From Candidatus Micrarchaeia archaeon (GTDB taxonomy: Archaea; Micrarchaeota; Micrarchaeia; Micrarchaeales; Micrarchaeaceae), in the NCBI GenBank assembly GCA_049964795.1, contig JBMFWY010000009.1:1-37267 (forward strand): a DNA stretch of 37,267 nucleotides, written 5' to 3'. Positions within the stretch are counted from its first letter, which is position 1; each line of letters opens with the position of its first letter. A program made the position numbers and the translations under genes. Positions 1 through 9,406 of the stretch are shown in pieces. Below the pieces are notes generated by a model. That model saw only the letters and a program-made list of their open reading frames with translations, did not search any database and was not told where the DNA came from.

Positions 1-312
1 AACTACAACAAAAACAACTAAAGCGGCACAGATATAAGCACATGCATGAGCACAAGCCACTAAAACAACATAGGCGTAAGCACAAGTATGGGCACTAGTG
101 CAAGCAGCTACAGCAAAATCGACTACAGCAAAAGCATCAGCATGAGCATAAGCATGAGCAGCAGGTATAGCTTTTCTGCGAAGCTACTAGCTAGCGAGCT
201 TAGGCTCCTTGCAGCTTGAGCAATTAAAGAAAGGGAGATGAGGTAAATGATATACATTCAAAAAAAGTTTTTATTGTCAGTTTAAATTTACCTAGTGTTT
301 TCTTTAAAGACC

Positions 313-426
313 AGCCCTGAGAGGGAATTGGACCCTCGACCTCCTGTTTTCCTGCGCTTCTTGATTAAACTTCTTTCCAAGAAGTTTACTTACAAGACAG
401 GCGCTCTACCACTGAGCTACCAGGGC
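313..426 (-). tRNA. tRNA-Thr(TGT) with 42-nt intron at canonical 37/38 (intron 349-390); CCA not encoded
   Basis: Minus strand folds as a cloverleaf: acceptor GCCCTGG/TCAGGGC + T73, D-arm GCTC-AGTGGTA-GAGC, anticodon stem CCTGT/ACAGG with CT-TGT-A|A, T-stem GAGGG/CCCTC. BHB-like CTTG/CAGG helix with AAA bulge. Confidence 0.93.
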
Positions 427-451
427 ACGCATATACTTTTGACGCTATATT

Positions 452-467
452 TTTATATACTTTTATT
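452..467 (-). promoter_or_regulatory. BRE/TATA promoter of tRNA-Thr
   Basis: Minus strand AATAAAAG-TATATAAA about 30 nt upstream of the tRNA 5' end. Confidence 0.6.
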
Positions 468-559
468 GTGCAGGCAATCAAAAGTGCATGAAAGGAAAAG
501 GGTTTGTGTTACTGAAATAGCATTTCCCGAATAATCCGAAGCTATACTGTGCAACTGCT

Positions 560-697
560 CTATTTCCTTAGCCATTTATATATCTTTTTATATACCCCGT
601 ATGGTATGCTCCTTTCAAACGCTTCCTTTGTTACTTTGTCTATGAATTCCGAATCGCTGATCTTTCTTTCATGATCCGCCCTTCTGCTTTCTGACAT
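560..697 (-). CDS. uncalled 45-aa small protein (MSESRRADHERKISDSEFIDKVTKEAFERSIPYGVYKKIYKWLRK)
   Basis: Hand-translated. GGTG SD lies 5 nt before ATG, the same spacing as other genes here. TATAAATA on minus strand near 731-738. Confidence 0.5.
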   Translation of the reverse strand: MSESRRADHERKISDSEFIDKVTKEAFERSIPYGVYKKIYKWLRK

Positions 698-872
698 CTT
701 CGCACCGCTCAGGTCTTTGGCATGTTTACATATTTATACTTATTTGAACCTATTTGGATCTTGAATTTATTTGAATTAGAACCGATAACGCTTTCTTTTT
801 AGATTACAAATTCTTTCACAGGCATACTGCGCTGCAGGGCTTTCTGCCTGCCTATCGATTTCAAGCTTGGAC

Positions 873-2462
873 CTATGCCGATACCTTCTCTTTCACCACG
901 AAAAGCCTGAAGTAAGAGAGGTATGCGGAAGAAAGCTTGCCTACGGCACCAAAACCTTTCGAAGCTTCGGCCATGAAAGCTATTTCCTTTTTGCTTATCG
1001 CCCCTAATGCCGCTGCCAATCCGGGATAGATAATCAATGCGATAGCAAGGTTTGCCACTAGCACAAGATAGCTTTCCTTCATATAGAAGGATACAGCTGC
1101 CATTATTATCGCAAGCAGTATCGCGGCAACTGCGATCCTTGCGGGCTTTCCGAAACTTACCCTAATTCCAAACTCTTTCCTTAGCAAGTGGCTGTAGAGC
1201 ACCGTTGCAATCGCTGGGGATATTATGAAGATCGCAGTGAGCGCTCCGTATGCCTTGTAGAGTGGCGTGAGTATGAGAAGCGCCGCCAGCTCTATCGCAA
1301 CTATTGTGAGCTGGTACTGCATAAAGCGCCTTGTATTGCCGTGGCCTATGACAAGAGTGCTTGCCACGCCCCATATTACCTCTATTGCCAATCCTGCAAG
1401 CGCTATTGAAAGATAAATTGGAGCGTATGCATAGGAATGTGAGAACAGCAGGAAGACAAGAGGCTTTGCGCTTCCTATCATGTATGCTATAATCGGCAAA
1501 AGGAGGAAAAAGGTGTAGTATATGCTGCTGTTTATCGCGTGCTCGACTTTTTCCCTCATCTCCTTGCTAGCGAGCATTGTTGAAAAGGCTGGAAGCAGCA
1601 CAAAGGTTATTGAGGTAACAAGTAGGTCTATGAAGCGCGAGCCTTTAAGCGCTATGCCATAGTTGCCCACTATAGTGGCAGTTGCATAAACTCCGAGGAG
1701 CAAAGGAGCAAAGTTCATAAGCCCTGTCATTGCAACATTCGATGCCACCACTGGCATCGAGAACTTTGTTATTTCGCTTATCGCTGCCATCTCCACTTTG
1801 CCAAGCCTAGCGCCTATACTCCTTGCAAGGTATATCAAGGCAGCGATTGCGCCTATCGCTGCTGAAGCGGCGTAACCGGCAATCGCGCCCAGCACTCCGT
1901 AGCCCATGGAAACAAACAGTATAACAAGCAAAAGCTGTGAAACGGCGTATGAAAGGTTTGCGATAGTGGAATCAACCGCTTTGTGCATCCCTATAAGAGC
2001 CGAAACCGCAGCGTTGAAAAGAACTGTAAGGAAGACGCTTGCCGCTGCTATCATCAAAGGCAAGGAGATGGAAGAGTTATGGTAAACGTATGTGGCAACA
2101 TAGGGTGATACCACTATGCCCGCAATTGCTATCGCAAACGCGGCCGATAGCGAAACGAACATGCCGTTCGCTATTATCTTTTTCATGGCCTCCGAGTCTC
2201 TTATTCTCTCGGGCAGCATCTTTCTGAAAGCTGCCCCCATGCCGAAGTTGCCTCCCATACCAAGAACGAGGGAGTAGGATATTACTATAGTGTAAAGCCC
2301 GTAGTCTGCTGGCCTTAGCACTCTTGCAAGGTATACCAGCAGCGCGAGAGAGACAAGTGCGCCTACCACCTTGCCTGAAACGAAGATTGAGCCCCTGCGC
2401 GCTGTCTTTACGCCAAGGTCCTTGAGGCTTTCGGCACTTTCCGCTTCAGGATAATCCATCAA
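873..2462 (-). CDS. oligosaccharide flippase / polysaccharide biosynthesis protein (Wzx/MOP superfamily)
   Basis: 529 aa with many TM helices; LARVL-P-DYG-Y and G-Y-IA motifs typical of Wzx-like flippases. Confidence 0.85.
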   Translation of the reverse strand: MMDYPEAESAESLKDLGVKTARRGSIFVSGKVVGALVSLALLVYLARVLRPADYGLYTIVISYSLVLGMGGNFGMGAAFRKMLPERIRDSEAMKKIIANGMFVSLSAAFAIAIAGIVVSPYVATYVYHNSSISLPLMIAAASVFLTVLFNAAVSALIGMHKAVDSTIANLSYAVSQLLLVILFVSMGYGVLGAIAGYAASAAIGAIAALIYLARSIGARLGKVEMAAISEITKFSMPVVASNVAMTGLMNFAPLLLGVYATATIVGNYGIALKGSRFIDLLVTSITFVLLPAFSTMLASKEMREKVEHAINSSIYYTFFLLLPIIAYMIGSAKPLVFLLFSHSYAYAPIYLSIALAGLAIEVIWGVASTLVIGHGNTRRFMQYQLTIVAIELAALLILTPLYKAYGALTAIFIISPAIATVLYSHLLRKEFGIRVSFGKPARIAVAAILLAIIMAAVSFYMKESYLVLVANLAIALIIYPGLAAALGAISKKEIAFMAEASKGFGAVGKLSSAYLSYFRLFVVKEKVSA

Positions 2463-2680
2463 AGCACTTTAATCATCGGCGATTGTCGCGCGTGCTTGCC
2501 GCTGCATTCTTAAAATAGCGACACTTCGTCTTTGCGCGCGACCGCTTTTATTCTATTATTGCAGCACAACAGCTAAATAACCTATCAGCGTAACAGACTA
2601 TGGCAAGATTTATTAACCTTTATTATAAAAATAAATTGCTTCATTCTCTTGAAGTTGCAAATGTTAGTGGTGCTTTTAAA

Positions 2681-2833
2681 ATGGGAAAATCTCCTCTCGC
2701 TGATGCAGAGATATCAAAAATCTGGATATGCAAGAAGTGCAAGGCAAGGAACAAGGCAGGCAGCGAAAAATGCAGGAAATGCGGCTACAGGTATCTTAGG
2801 CCTAGAAGGAAAGAGCTCAAAGCCAAGAAGTGA
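2681..2833 (+). CDS. rpl40e: 50S ribosomal protein L40e
   Basis: ICKKCKARN...CRKCGYRYLRPRRK zinc-ribbon signature; GGTG SD before ATG 2681. Confidence 0.95.
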   Translation: MGKSPLADAEISKIWICKKCKARNKAGSEKCRKCGYRYLRPRRKELKAKK

Positions 2834-2906
2834 CGCACGCTCCGGCATTGCTTGCAAGAAGGCGTTACGCGTAAAAGTGCAAATATAAATGTAACATGGT
2901 GTAAAA

Positions 2907-3128
2907 ATGGTAGAACTTGATCCGGTCGAGCAGCTGATAGTGAAGGCGATGCAGGAAATCGGCGCCACAAAGGATACGAGCATAAAGACTGCGGACGACA
3001 TAGCGAAGAAGTGCAACAGGCCCAAGGGCTTGATAACGAACAAGCTTGTAGTGCTTGCGCAGAAGGGCGTTGTGAAGCGCGTCGCTAGGGAAAAGGCTGC
3101 AGGATATTATCTTGTCCAAAGTGCATGA
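2907..3128 (+). CDS. small winged-helix DNA-binding protein
   Basis: 73 aa; TADDIAKKCNRPKGLITNKLVVLAQKGVVKRV fits a wHTH pattern; GGTG SD. Confidence 0.75.
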   Translation: MVELDPVEQLIVKAMQEIGATKDTSIKTADDIAKKCNRPKGLITNKLVVLAQKGVVKRVAREKAAGYYLVQSA

Positions 3129-3131
3129 ACC

Positions 3132-3596
3132 ATGGACGAGCCAAAGGAGTATATCGACTTTATGGCGCGCTACAGGGACTGGATAGCGATAAAGCGCATA
3201 GGCATAAGGGAGGGCACAGATCCGAAAGAGGTATCCCTTTATCTCGCAACAGTAAAGGAAACGATAGAGCCCAAGTTCTACAAGTTTCTCGGAATAGATA
3301 TGCAAGCTCTTGACGAACTTGCGGATTCGATGACAAAGGGGATGAAAAAAGGCTATGACTCTCTTGCCGCGGTGCTGCCAAGGATGAATGACAAGAGCGT
3401 AAAGGAGTCGATCCTGAAAGCGTGCAAAGACCCGAAAACGAAGCCGATGGCGGAGTCTTACCTGTTTGGCAGGATTCTTTCAGACCTTGAAATAGAAGCT
3501 TTTACCACGCCGAAGACGTTTGTAAAGATGTTTCCAGAATACAAGATATCGAAGAAAGGCATGGGCAGGGGAGCAAAAGGCGTGCAGGGGCTTTGA
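3132..3596 (+). CDS. conserved archaeal protein, DUF2666-like
   Basis: F-A-Y-DW-AIK...T-P-EV-YLA-V-ETI pattern recalled for DUF2666; starts 3 nt after the upstream stop. Confidence 0.55.
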   Translation: MDEPKEYIDFMARYRDWIAIKRIGIREGTDPKEVSLYLATVKETIEPKFYKFLGIDMQALDELADSMTKGMKKGYDSLAAVLPRMNDKSVKESILKACKDPKTKPMAESYLFGRILSDLEIEAFTTPKTFVKMFPEYKISKKGMGRGAKGVQGL

Positions 3597-3732
3597 AGTT
3601 TAAACGATTCAAATTCTTCCGATTTTATTTCTATTTCTTTTGAATTTTATTCCTTCTTGTGCTACAGCCTTCGAGCTTGGCTTTTCGACTCTGCAGCGCG
3701 CTTTTTCCGCTGCGTTTGAAGCTTTCTTGCAC

Positions 3733-6700
3733 TTACATAAACTTCGCGAGATTAATCTGCTTTGTTTCGCTGTCTACGCCTCCTCCGAAAACAGTCTCTA
3801 TCTCCTTCTTTACTAGCTCAAGCGTCTGCTTTAGGTAAGTGTCAAGATTGTATCTGTCTGCTATTCCTCTCGCCATGTCAAGATACTTTATTATGCCGCC
3901 TTTTGATATCGTGAGCACGAGCTTGCCACCGCACTTTTCACACACTCCTGAGAGAGGCACGCGCCTGTACTTTGCGTTGCATGATATGCACCTGAAGCTT
4001 TGCTTGGAAAAAGAATGCAAGTTTCCTATCAAGTCAGGTATGAAGTGGCTTATTATGAGCCTTTTCGCGGCGTCGCGCTTGTCTACGCTGTTGAGCTTGT
4101 CCATGAGCATGAACTCGACGCGCACCTTGTCCTCCATGTTATTGAGCTTGGTATATGCGCTGCGCGCGGGAGAAGACTTGAGCGCCGAGGACGAGCTGCC
4201 GTGCGTAAAATTAAGCCCCGAAAACACGGAAGGAGTGCCGAGCCTGCTTCCTACCAGCTCCAGCTTGACCTCTCCAGGAGAAGCGTATGCAAGGCTCTTT
4301 TCGTAAAAGTCCAAGCCGTACGCGCCCACAACTTCCATGGCATGCACCTCGTCATCCACCTCTTCGGGAGAGACATTGACTGTCAGTATTATAGGAGCAT
4401 CCATCGTTCCTCCCACTGAAGTTGCAAGATATTCGCGCGAGAAATTTACAAGCGCGTCAAGCAAAAGCATTGTGGTGTCTTCATCCCCGTCGCAGTTCCT
4501 CCTTCTTGCAGAGACAAGGTAAGGATGCGCAAGCCCTATCGAGGAATCCGTGAAGCCTATAATCCTGCCCAGCACACCTGAAGAGGTGTGGGGGGAAAGT
4601 GTTACCACGAGCTTGCCAACTAAATCGTCTATCGACTTGGCGTTGTAGAATCTTTTTTGGCCGTAGAATTTTTCGAGCAAATCGTCAAGGAAGTTTGATA
4701 CCTTAAGCAGGTATTCGGCACCGCGCCTGTTCAATATCACATCCTGGTGCTTGAGCTCGACAAGCTGGCTTCCGCTTTCAAGCTCCGCGCCATAAGCATC
4801 ACTGGAATAGCCCAGGCTTTTGAGCTTCTCAACACTCACGCCTATCTCCTCTGGATAGAAATGGGTTATGGGCGCGTCGGTAGCGTCGAATCTCGCGGTG
4901 CCGTCCTTGAATATGTAGATGCCGTGCATGCTGCGCAGTATGCCTTTTTCGAGAGGCTCAGCTTCCTTGTTTTTGCTGAAAAGGCCTTTTACCCCTTTGA
5001 GCGATTGAGGAGGCGTGCTTATGCCAAGCGTTTGCATCGCACTCTCCATCGCTTCAGAGAGGGAGATATTTTTTGATTCAAATCCAGTAAGCTCCCCACC
5101 GCACGCTACACATTTCGCATCATCTTCAGATGCGCGCCGCCCGCAGCTCTTGCACACCCTCTCTATTATTGCGGGGGCGTTGTGCTTCCTGCAATATCTT
5201 GAATAAAGTGATTCTCCACCCACACTGCACCTGTATCTTGCTATTTCAACTTCTATGCTTTTGCTCCCGAAAGAGCGAGCGCTGTTTGAGTAGGCTTTTG
5301 AGATGTTCCTTTCCTTGCCGCCGTATTCGCCTATAGGAAATAGCACGTTTGGCGCGGGTTTCATGAGCCTTTCTTTTGCCTTTTCTGGCCTGCCTATCCT
5401 TGCACCCAGCCTGGTAGAGCGCCTCATCACCTTGAACATCGAAACGCTGTTGACCAATGCAAGTGTATTGGCTTCCTTGCTCTCCAAAATCTTACTGCTC
5501 CTATCAAATCTCAGCGCTTCCGCGCTTCCGGAATAGAAGCCAAGAGAAAGCGCAAGGCTTGCCGCATCGCCTCCTTTTATCGAGATATATGCGCCCGAAT
5601 CAAAATGTGGAACGCAAAGCCTCTCGAGGGTTTCGCGCGCTTCTGGTGAGGGCTCGCCAAGCTTGAGCTCGGCTATGTGCATCGGCTTCTCGCCCTCGCT
5701 CTCGATTATCTCGGCGCGCGAAATCGCTTCGCATAGCTTGAGCAAATCCTGCGCTTCAACATCCTGGAACTCGTAAGTGTAAAGAGGGTGCATGGGCACG
5801 GAATATTTCATTGAAAGCTCGAAAGCTTCCATGAAGCTTGACGGCTCAGGCATAGCTCCCGCATAGCCTGCGGCCTTCAGCTGCTCGTACCAATATTCCT
5901 CAACATAGCTTGTAGGCTGTAGCAAGGTATTTGTTTTCTTGAAGTCTCCGTAAGTGACAAGCATGTCTCCTACCGAGAGTATTTTCGATATCCTTGGCTT
6001 TATCTCCCTTGCCTTTTCGGCGCTGTTGACTCTGAAGGCTTCCCCTGTGCTTAGCTTTACGAACGGACCCTCTATAGAGTCAACAGGCATTGCTATGCAG
6101 CCCTTGCCCGGCTTTTCCACTTTTAGCTGCGTGCCCGGTGCTATGAAGTCCTCGAGCACAACCATTGTTGCAGGGCTGAAGCCTTTCGAAGCTATGCCCG
6201 TAAACCTGGAGCGGCCGTACCTGAGCCTGAAGGAGCCGTAGTGTGCAGGATATGCAAGTATGGGCCTGCCTGCAACAATTTCCTGCAGGAATACAGCTTT
6301 CTCCTTCTCAGAATCAGATTGCGTAGGGTTTTTGTCTACTTTTATGACCCTATTTAGCCAATCCCAGTCCAAGCCTGCGGCCTTTGCATACTTGAGCACG
6401 CTTTTTGCCTTTTGCATTATTCCCTCGCAAAGCACCAGTGCCACGCCGCCTCGCACCCTGTTTGTCACAAGCTCCTCCTTGCCGTTTGCGTCAAGCCTCT
6501 TTAAGTTGCGGTGCACACTCACTTCGGCATCTTCCGTTGGCACGCCGTCTATGCATACGGGGCAATTTTCAAGGGCTACTCTCATGTCCTCTTCTGAAGG
6601 CAGGTACTGAAGATGTGCAATCGAATGGTACATAAGCACTTCCTCTACATACCTTGCAACCTCTGTCTGCGAAGGCTTGTAGGCGCCTATGCCCAGAATC

Positions 6701-7218
6701 CTACGCGCGTAATCGGCAAGCACAACGGAGAGCGCTGCGCTGGTGCCTCCTGCGCCCCTTATCGGACCCGCATAAAGCACTGCTATGTAATCCGAGCCTT
6801 CCGCGCTCTTGTGGATCTTTACTCCCTGGACGCCTTCGGTTGGCGCCACGAGCACTCCCTCGGTAAGCACTGAAAGGCCCACACGCACCGCGAGGGTAAG
6901 CTTCTTCTCCAAGTCGCTTGGACCGAAATCGCTCCTCTTGCATATCTCCCCTGTAATTTCAAACGCGAGCTCCTGCCTTGTCTTGCCTGAAGCCTTTGAC
7001 TTGATCATCTCCGCCAAGCCGTGCAAGCCTATTATACCCTCTACCCTGCTTGCAAGATCCGGCGCGGGCTTTATCTCCACGAAAGGCTTCGGGTCGTAGC
7101 CAAGAGATCTCGCTGCGCTGGCTATCTCGAACTCCTTTTCAAAACCTTTTTGCAGCGCCTCAAAATATTCTTCTATCATTTTATCATTTTGCCGTTTTGC
7201 CATTTGGGCATTTTTCAT
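3733..7218 (-). CDS. polC: DNA polymerase II (PolD) large subunit DP2
   Basis: YAGPIRGAGGT, FRLRYGRSR, RRRNCDGDED catalytic motif, C-terminal CxxC zinc sites and PIP-box-like QINLAKFM. No intein seen. Confidence 0.98.
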   Translation of the reverse strand: MKNAQMAKRQNDKMIEEYFEALQKGFEKEFEIASAARSLGYDPKPFVEIKPAPDLASRVEGIIGLHGLAEMIKSKASGKTRQELAFEITGEICKRSDFGPSDLEKKLTLAVRVGLSVLTEGVLVAPTEGVQGVKIHKSAEGSDYIAVLYAGPIRGAGGTSAALSVVLADYARRILGIGAYKPSQTEVARYVEEVLMYHSIAHLQYLPSEEDMRVALENCPVCIDGVPTEDAEVSVHRNLKRLDANGKEELVTNRVRGGVALVLCEGIMQKAKSVLKYAKAAGLDWDWLNRVIKVDKNPTQSDSEKEKAVFLQEIVAGRPILAYPAHYGSFRLRYGRSRFTGIASKGFSPATMVVLEDFIAPGTQLKVEKPGKGCIAMPVDSIEGPFVKLSTGEAFRVNSAEKAREIKPRISKILSVGDMLVTYGDFKKTNTLLQPTSYVEEYWYEQLKAAGYAGAMPEPSSFMEAFELSMKYSVPMHPLYTYEFQDVEAQDLLKLCEAISRAEIIESEGEKPMHIAELKLGEPSPEARETLERLCVPHFDSGAYISIKGGDAASLALSLGFYSGSAEALRFDRSSKILESKEANTLALVNSVSMFKVMRRSTRLGARIGRPEKAKERLMKPAPNVLFPIGEYGGKERNISKAYSNSARSFGSKSIEVEIARYRCSVGGESLYSRYCRKHNAPAIIERVCKSCGRRASEDDAKCVACGGELTGFESKNISLSEAMESAMQTLGISTPPQSLKGVKGLFSKNKEAEPLEKGILRSMHGIYIFKDGTARFDATDAPITHFYPEEIGVSVEKLKSLGYSSDAYGAELESGSQLVELKHQDVILNRRGAEYLLKVSNFLDDLLEKFYGQKRFYNAKSIDDLVGKLVVTLSPHTSSGVLGRIIGFTDSSIGLAHPYLVSARRRNCDGDEDTTMLLLDALVNFSREYLATSVGGTMDAPIILTVNVSPEEVDDEVHAMEVVGAYGLDFYEKSLAYASPGEVKLELVGSRLGTPSVFSGLNFTHGSSSSALKSSPARSAYTKLNNMEDKVRVEFMLMDKLNSVDKRDAAKRLIISHFIPDLIGNLHSFSKQSFRCISCNAKYRRVPLSGVCEKCGGKLVLTISKGGIIKYLDMARGIADRYNLDTYLKQTLELVKKEIETVFGGGVDSETKQINLAKFM

Positions 7219-7303
7219 TTTCTATTTTTCGTTTTTCTTTTGTTCCTTCATTGCTTCTTTATCCAGTTACCGCATTTTCTATGCAAGCGTAAGCGCACTA
7301 TTA

Positions 7304-8809
7304 TCAAGCGTTAAAGTCGATCATGTTGAAAGTGTGGCTCCTTGCCTCGAGCACCGGCAGTATGCACGGTGTCGGCATGTGGCCCTGTTTTATCTGGTAC
7401 TCTGTCCTTGCCTGCCATGTGCCGCTGTTGAGCACATCGACGCCGTGATATGTCGCAAAACCGTTCTTGTGTATATGCCCCATATATAGCACGTCTGGAA
7501 TCTCGTCTATTACAAGCTCGTCGTTTTTGCCTGGCACCATTATGTTGCCGCCGTATATAGGTGACAGATGCCTTCTTTTCAGTAGCTCGACCATCGCTTT
7601 CTCCGGCCGCGCATAGCTCATGCCGGGTATTGAAGCTATTATAGAATCCAAAGATGCACCGTGATATGCAAGTATGTTTATCCCATGCACCGTTATGTAG
7701 GACGGGTTTGTGAGCAAATGCACATTGTCCATCTTGAAGTCCTTTAGGAAGCCGGTGTCAAGACTTGGCTGTGGCTCGGAAAGCTGCACGGAATCGTGGT
7801 TTCCTGGCAGCACAAATATCTCTATGTAGTCGGGGATTTTTTCAAGGAGGGAAAAAAAGAGCCTGTATTGCGAATAGAAATCAGGCACCGCAAGATCCCT
7901 GTCTTGGTGAGGATATATACCTATGCCGTCAACATCGTCCCCTCCTATTATAAGGTATTTTACCTTTCCTGCAAGCTCTTTTGCCTTGTCGACTTCGCCG
8001 TTAAGCCAGCGTATCATGCGCGTGAAGTTGTCCTGCATGAACAGCTTGCTGCCTACGTGTATATCTGAAGCGAAGGCTATTGCTATGTCCTCTTCGGAAC
8101 GCTTCGGGGTTATTATGGGCACGTCAGGCCATATCAACTCGCTTGCCATTAGGAAGGGGCCCGAAATCTTGCCCTTCACTGCGAGCACCTCGTCGTTAAC
8201 TATAGTTGAAGCTTTTGCAAACAGCTGCTTGCTCTTTTCGTATGTGCCGTTGAGGAATATTACCTTTACTGTGCTTTTTTCGTCCTCGAGCACGACCATT
8301 ATGTTGCCGTTCTTTGTTGTTATCTTGCTCCGCACTATTCCAATTACGCAAAGCTCCCTGCCCGAAGGAAATTTGGAGACAGACTCGAGATCCTGCACTA
8401 TTGTTATGGTGCTGCCCCTCTCCTGCTCTATTATGTGCTTTATTTTTTTCAGCCTGCTGCGGAAGTAATCTACGAAATCGGATACCGTGCCGCTTGTTAT
8501 CTCAGCCTTTCTAGTCCTTGTGGAGTAATTTGCGTCTACTAACTTTGACGGTGGATTGAAATCCGCAGGCTTTGATACCTCTATCGTGCTTGGGACCTTT
8601 TCGCTTTTCAGCTGCTCCACGATCTTGTTCACGCGCTCCGTTGTAAGGATCTTCAATCCTTCTTCTCCAGAGAAGGAATCGACTATCCTCGAGACAAGGA
8701 GCTCCATGTCTATCTCGCTTGAGGAAGAAAGGTCAATGTCTGCTGCTACGGCTATGCCAAACTTGGCAAGCCTCCTTGCAATTGACAGATAAGCCTCTTC
8801 ACCCTCCAC
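7304..8809 (-). CDS. polB: DNA polymerase II (PolD) small subunit DP1, proofreading exonuclease
   Basis: OB-fold region plus calcineurin-like motifs SDIHVGS, GDDVDG, PGNHD, YHG, GHIH, NSGTWQ; directly upstream of DP2. Confidence 0.97.
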   Translation of the reverse strand: MEGEEAYLSIARRLAKFGIAVAADIDLSSSSEIDMELLVSRIVDSFSGEEGLKILTTERVNKIVEQLKSEKVPSTIEVSKPADFNPPSKLVDANYSTRTRKAEITSGTVSDFVDYFRSRLKKIKHIIEQERGSTITIVQDLESVSKFPSGRELCVIGIVRSKITTKNGNIMVVLEDEKSTVKVIFLNGTYEKSKQLFAKASTIVNDEVLAVKGKISGPFLMASELIWPDVPIITPKRSEEDIAIAFASDIHVGSKLFMQDNFTRMIRWLNGEVDKAKELAGKVKYLIIGGDDVDGIGIYPHQDRDLAVPDFYSQYRLFFSLLEKIPDYIEIFVLPGNHDSVQLSEPQPSLDTGFLKDFKMDNVHLLTNPSYITVHGINILAYHGASLDSIIASIPGMSYARPEKAMVELLKRRHLSPIYGGNIMVPGKNDELVIDEIPDVLYMGHIHKNGFATYHGVDVLNSGTWQARTEYQIKQGHMPTPCILPVLEARSHTFNMIDFNA

Positions 8810-8844
8810 GCGACGCCCCCTGCAGCATTGTTCAAATTACGCGA

Positions 8845-8860
8845 TTGTGCAATTGCACAA
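8845..8860. promoter_or_regulatory. perfect 16-bp palindrome TTGTGCAATTGCACAA in the DP1 promoter region
   Basis: Read directly. Lies between a TTTAAA box (8878-8883) and the DP1 start (8809). Confidence 0.45.
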
Positions 8861-8931
8861 AACGCATCCGAATTCCCTTTAAATTTAACATTACTTCATT
8901 TTTCCTTTTTTTCTTTTTTCCCTTTTCCTCT

Positions 8932-9201
8932 TTATTTCTCTTTTATAGATTCGAGCTGGCTGAGTATATTCCATATCACTGTCCTCGCCTGAGGCTGCAG
9001 ATTTATGTCGTTGCTTATCGAGTCTATATTGTAGATTGCGTTTGAAACCCTCACTGTGTATTCGCCTTCGGCGCTGAGACTGTTTTTTGCCTCGCTCACC
9101 GCGCTTCTGACATTTTTCGGAACTGACATATCATTTATTATCGAGTCTATCTGCCTCTTGATTTCCTCTATTTTTTTGGCTATCTCGCTATCGTTTTTCA
9201 T
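8932..9201 (-). CDS. UPF0147 family protein
   Basis: D-SVPKNVR...D-ISNDINL-PQART-IWNI-SQLE signature; GGTGA SD. Confidence 0.9.
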   Translation of the reverse strand: MKNDSEIAKKIEEIKRQIDSIINDMSVPKNVRSAVSEAKNSLSAEGEYTVRVSNAIYNIDSISNDINLQPQARTVIWNILSQLESIKEK

Positions 9202-9406
9202 CTGATCACCTTCTTATCCAAGCGCACCGTTACGCAACTTACAATTAGCAACATTATTGCAACAAGTATAGATTGCGCTGAAACCTATATATTACTTTGC
9301 GTGGCTTTTCGACAATTTTTGTTAATACAAAACTGTTTTGCGCAAAAGCTGAAAATTGCACTGGACGCGGCATGCGATGCCTTTGCGCTTTTGTGTCACT
9401 GGGCTG

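Noticed and set aside
295-534. 79-aa plus-strand ORF
   Set aside because: Lies antisense over the tRNA-Thr gene and its promoter; no protein-like features.
2907-3128. Resemblance to a Z-alpha (Z-DNA/Z-RNA-binding) domain
   Set aside because: Similar wHTH spacing, but the key Asn, Tyr, Pro-Pro and Trp positions are T, V, AA and Y; kept as a generic wHTH.
3733-7218. Intein in DP2
   Set aside because: Length is normal; no intein splice-junction or LAGLIDADG motifs seen.
9202-9406. Replication origin near the PolD genes
   Set aside because: No ORB-like TTCCAGTGGAAA boxes and no cdc6; only short GCAAC recurrences.
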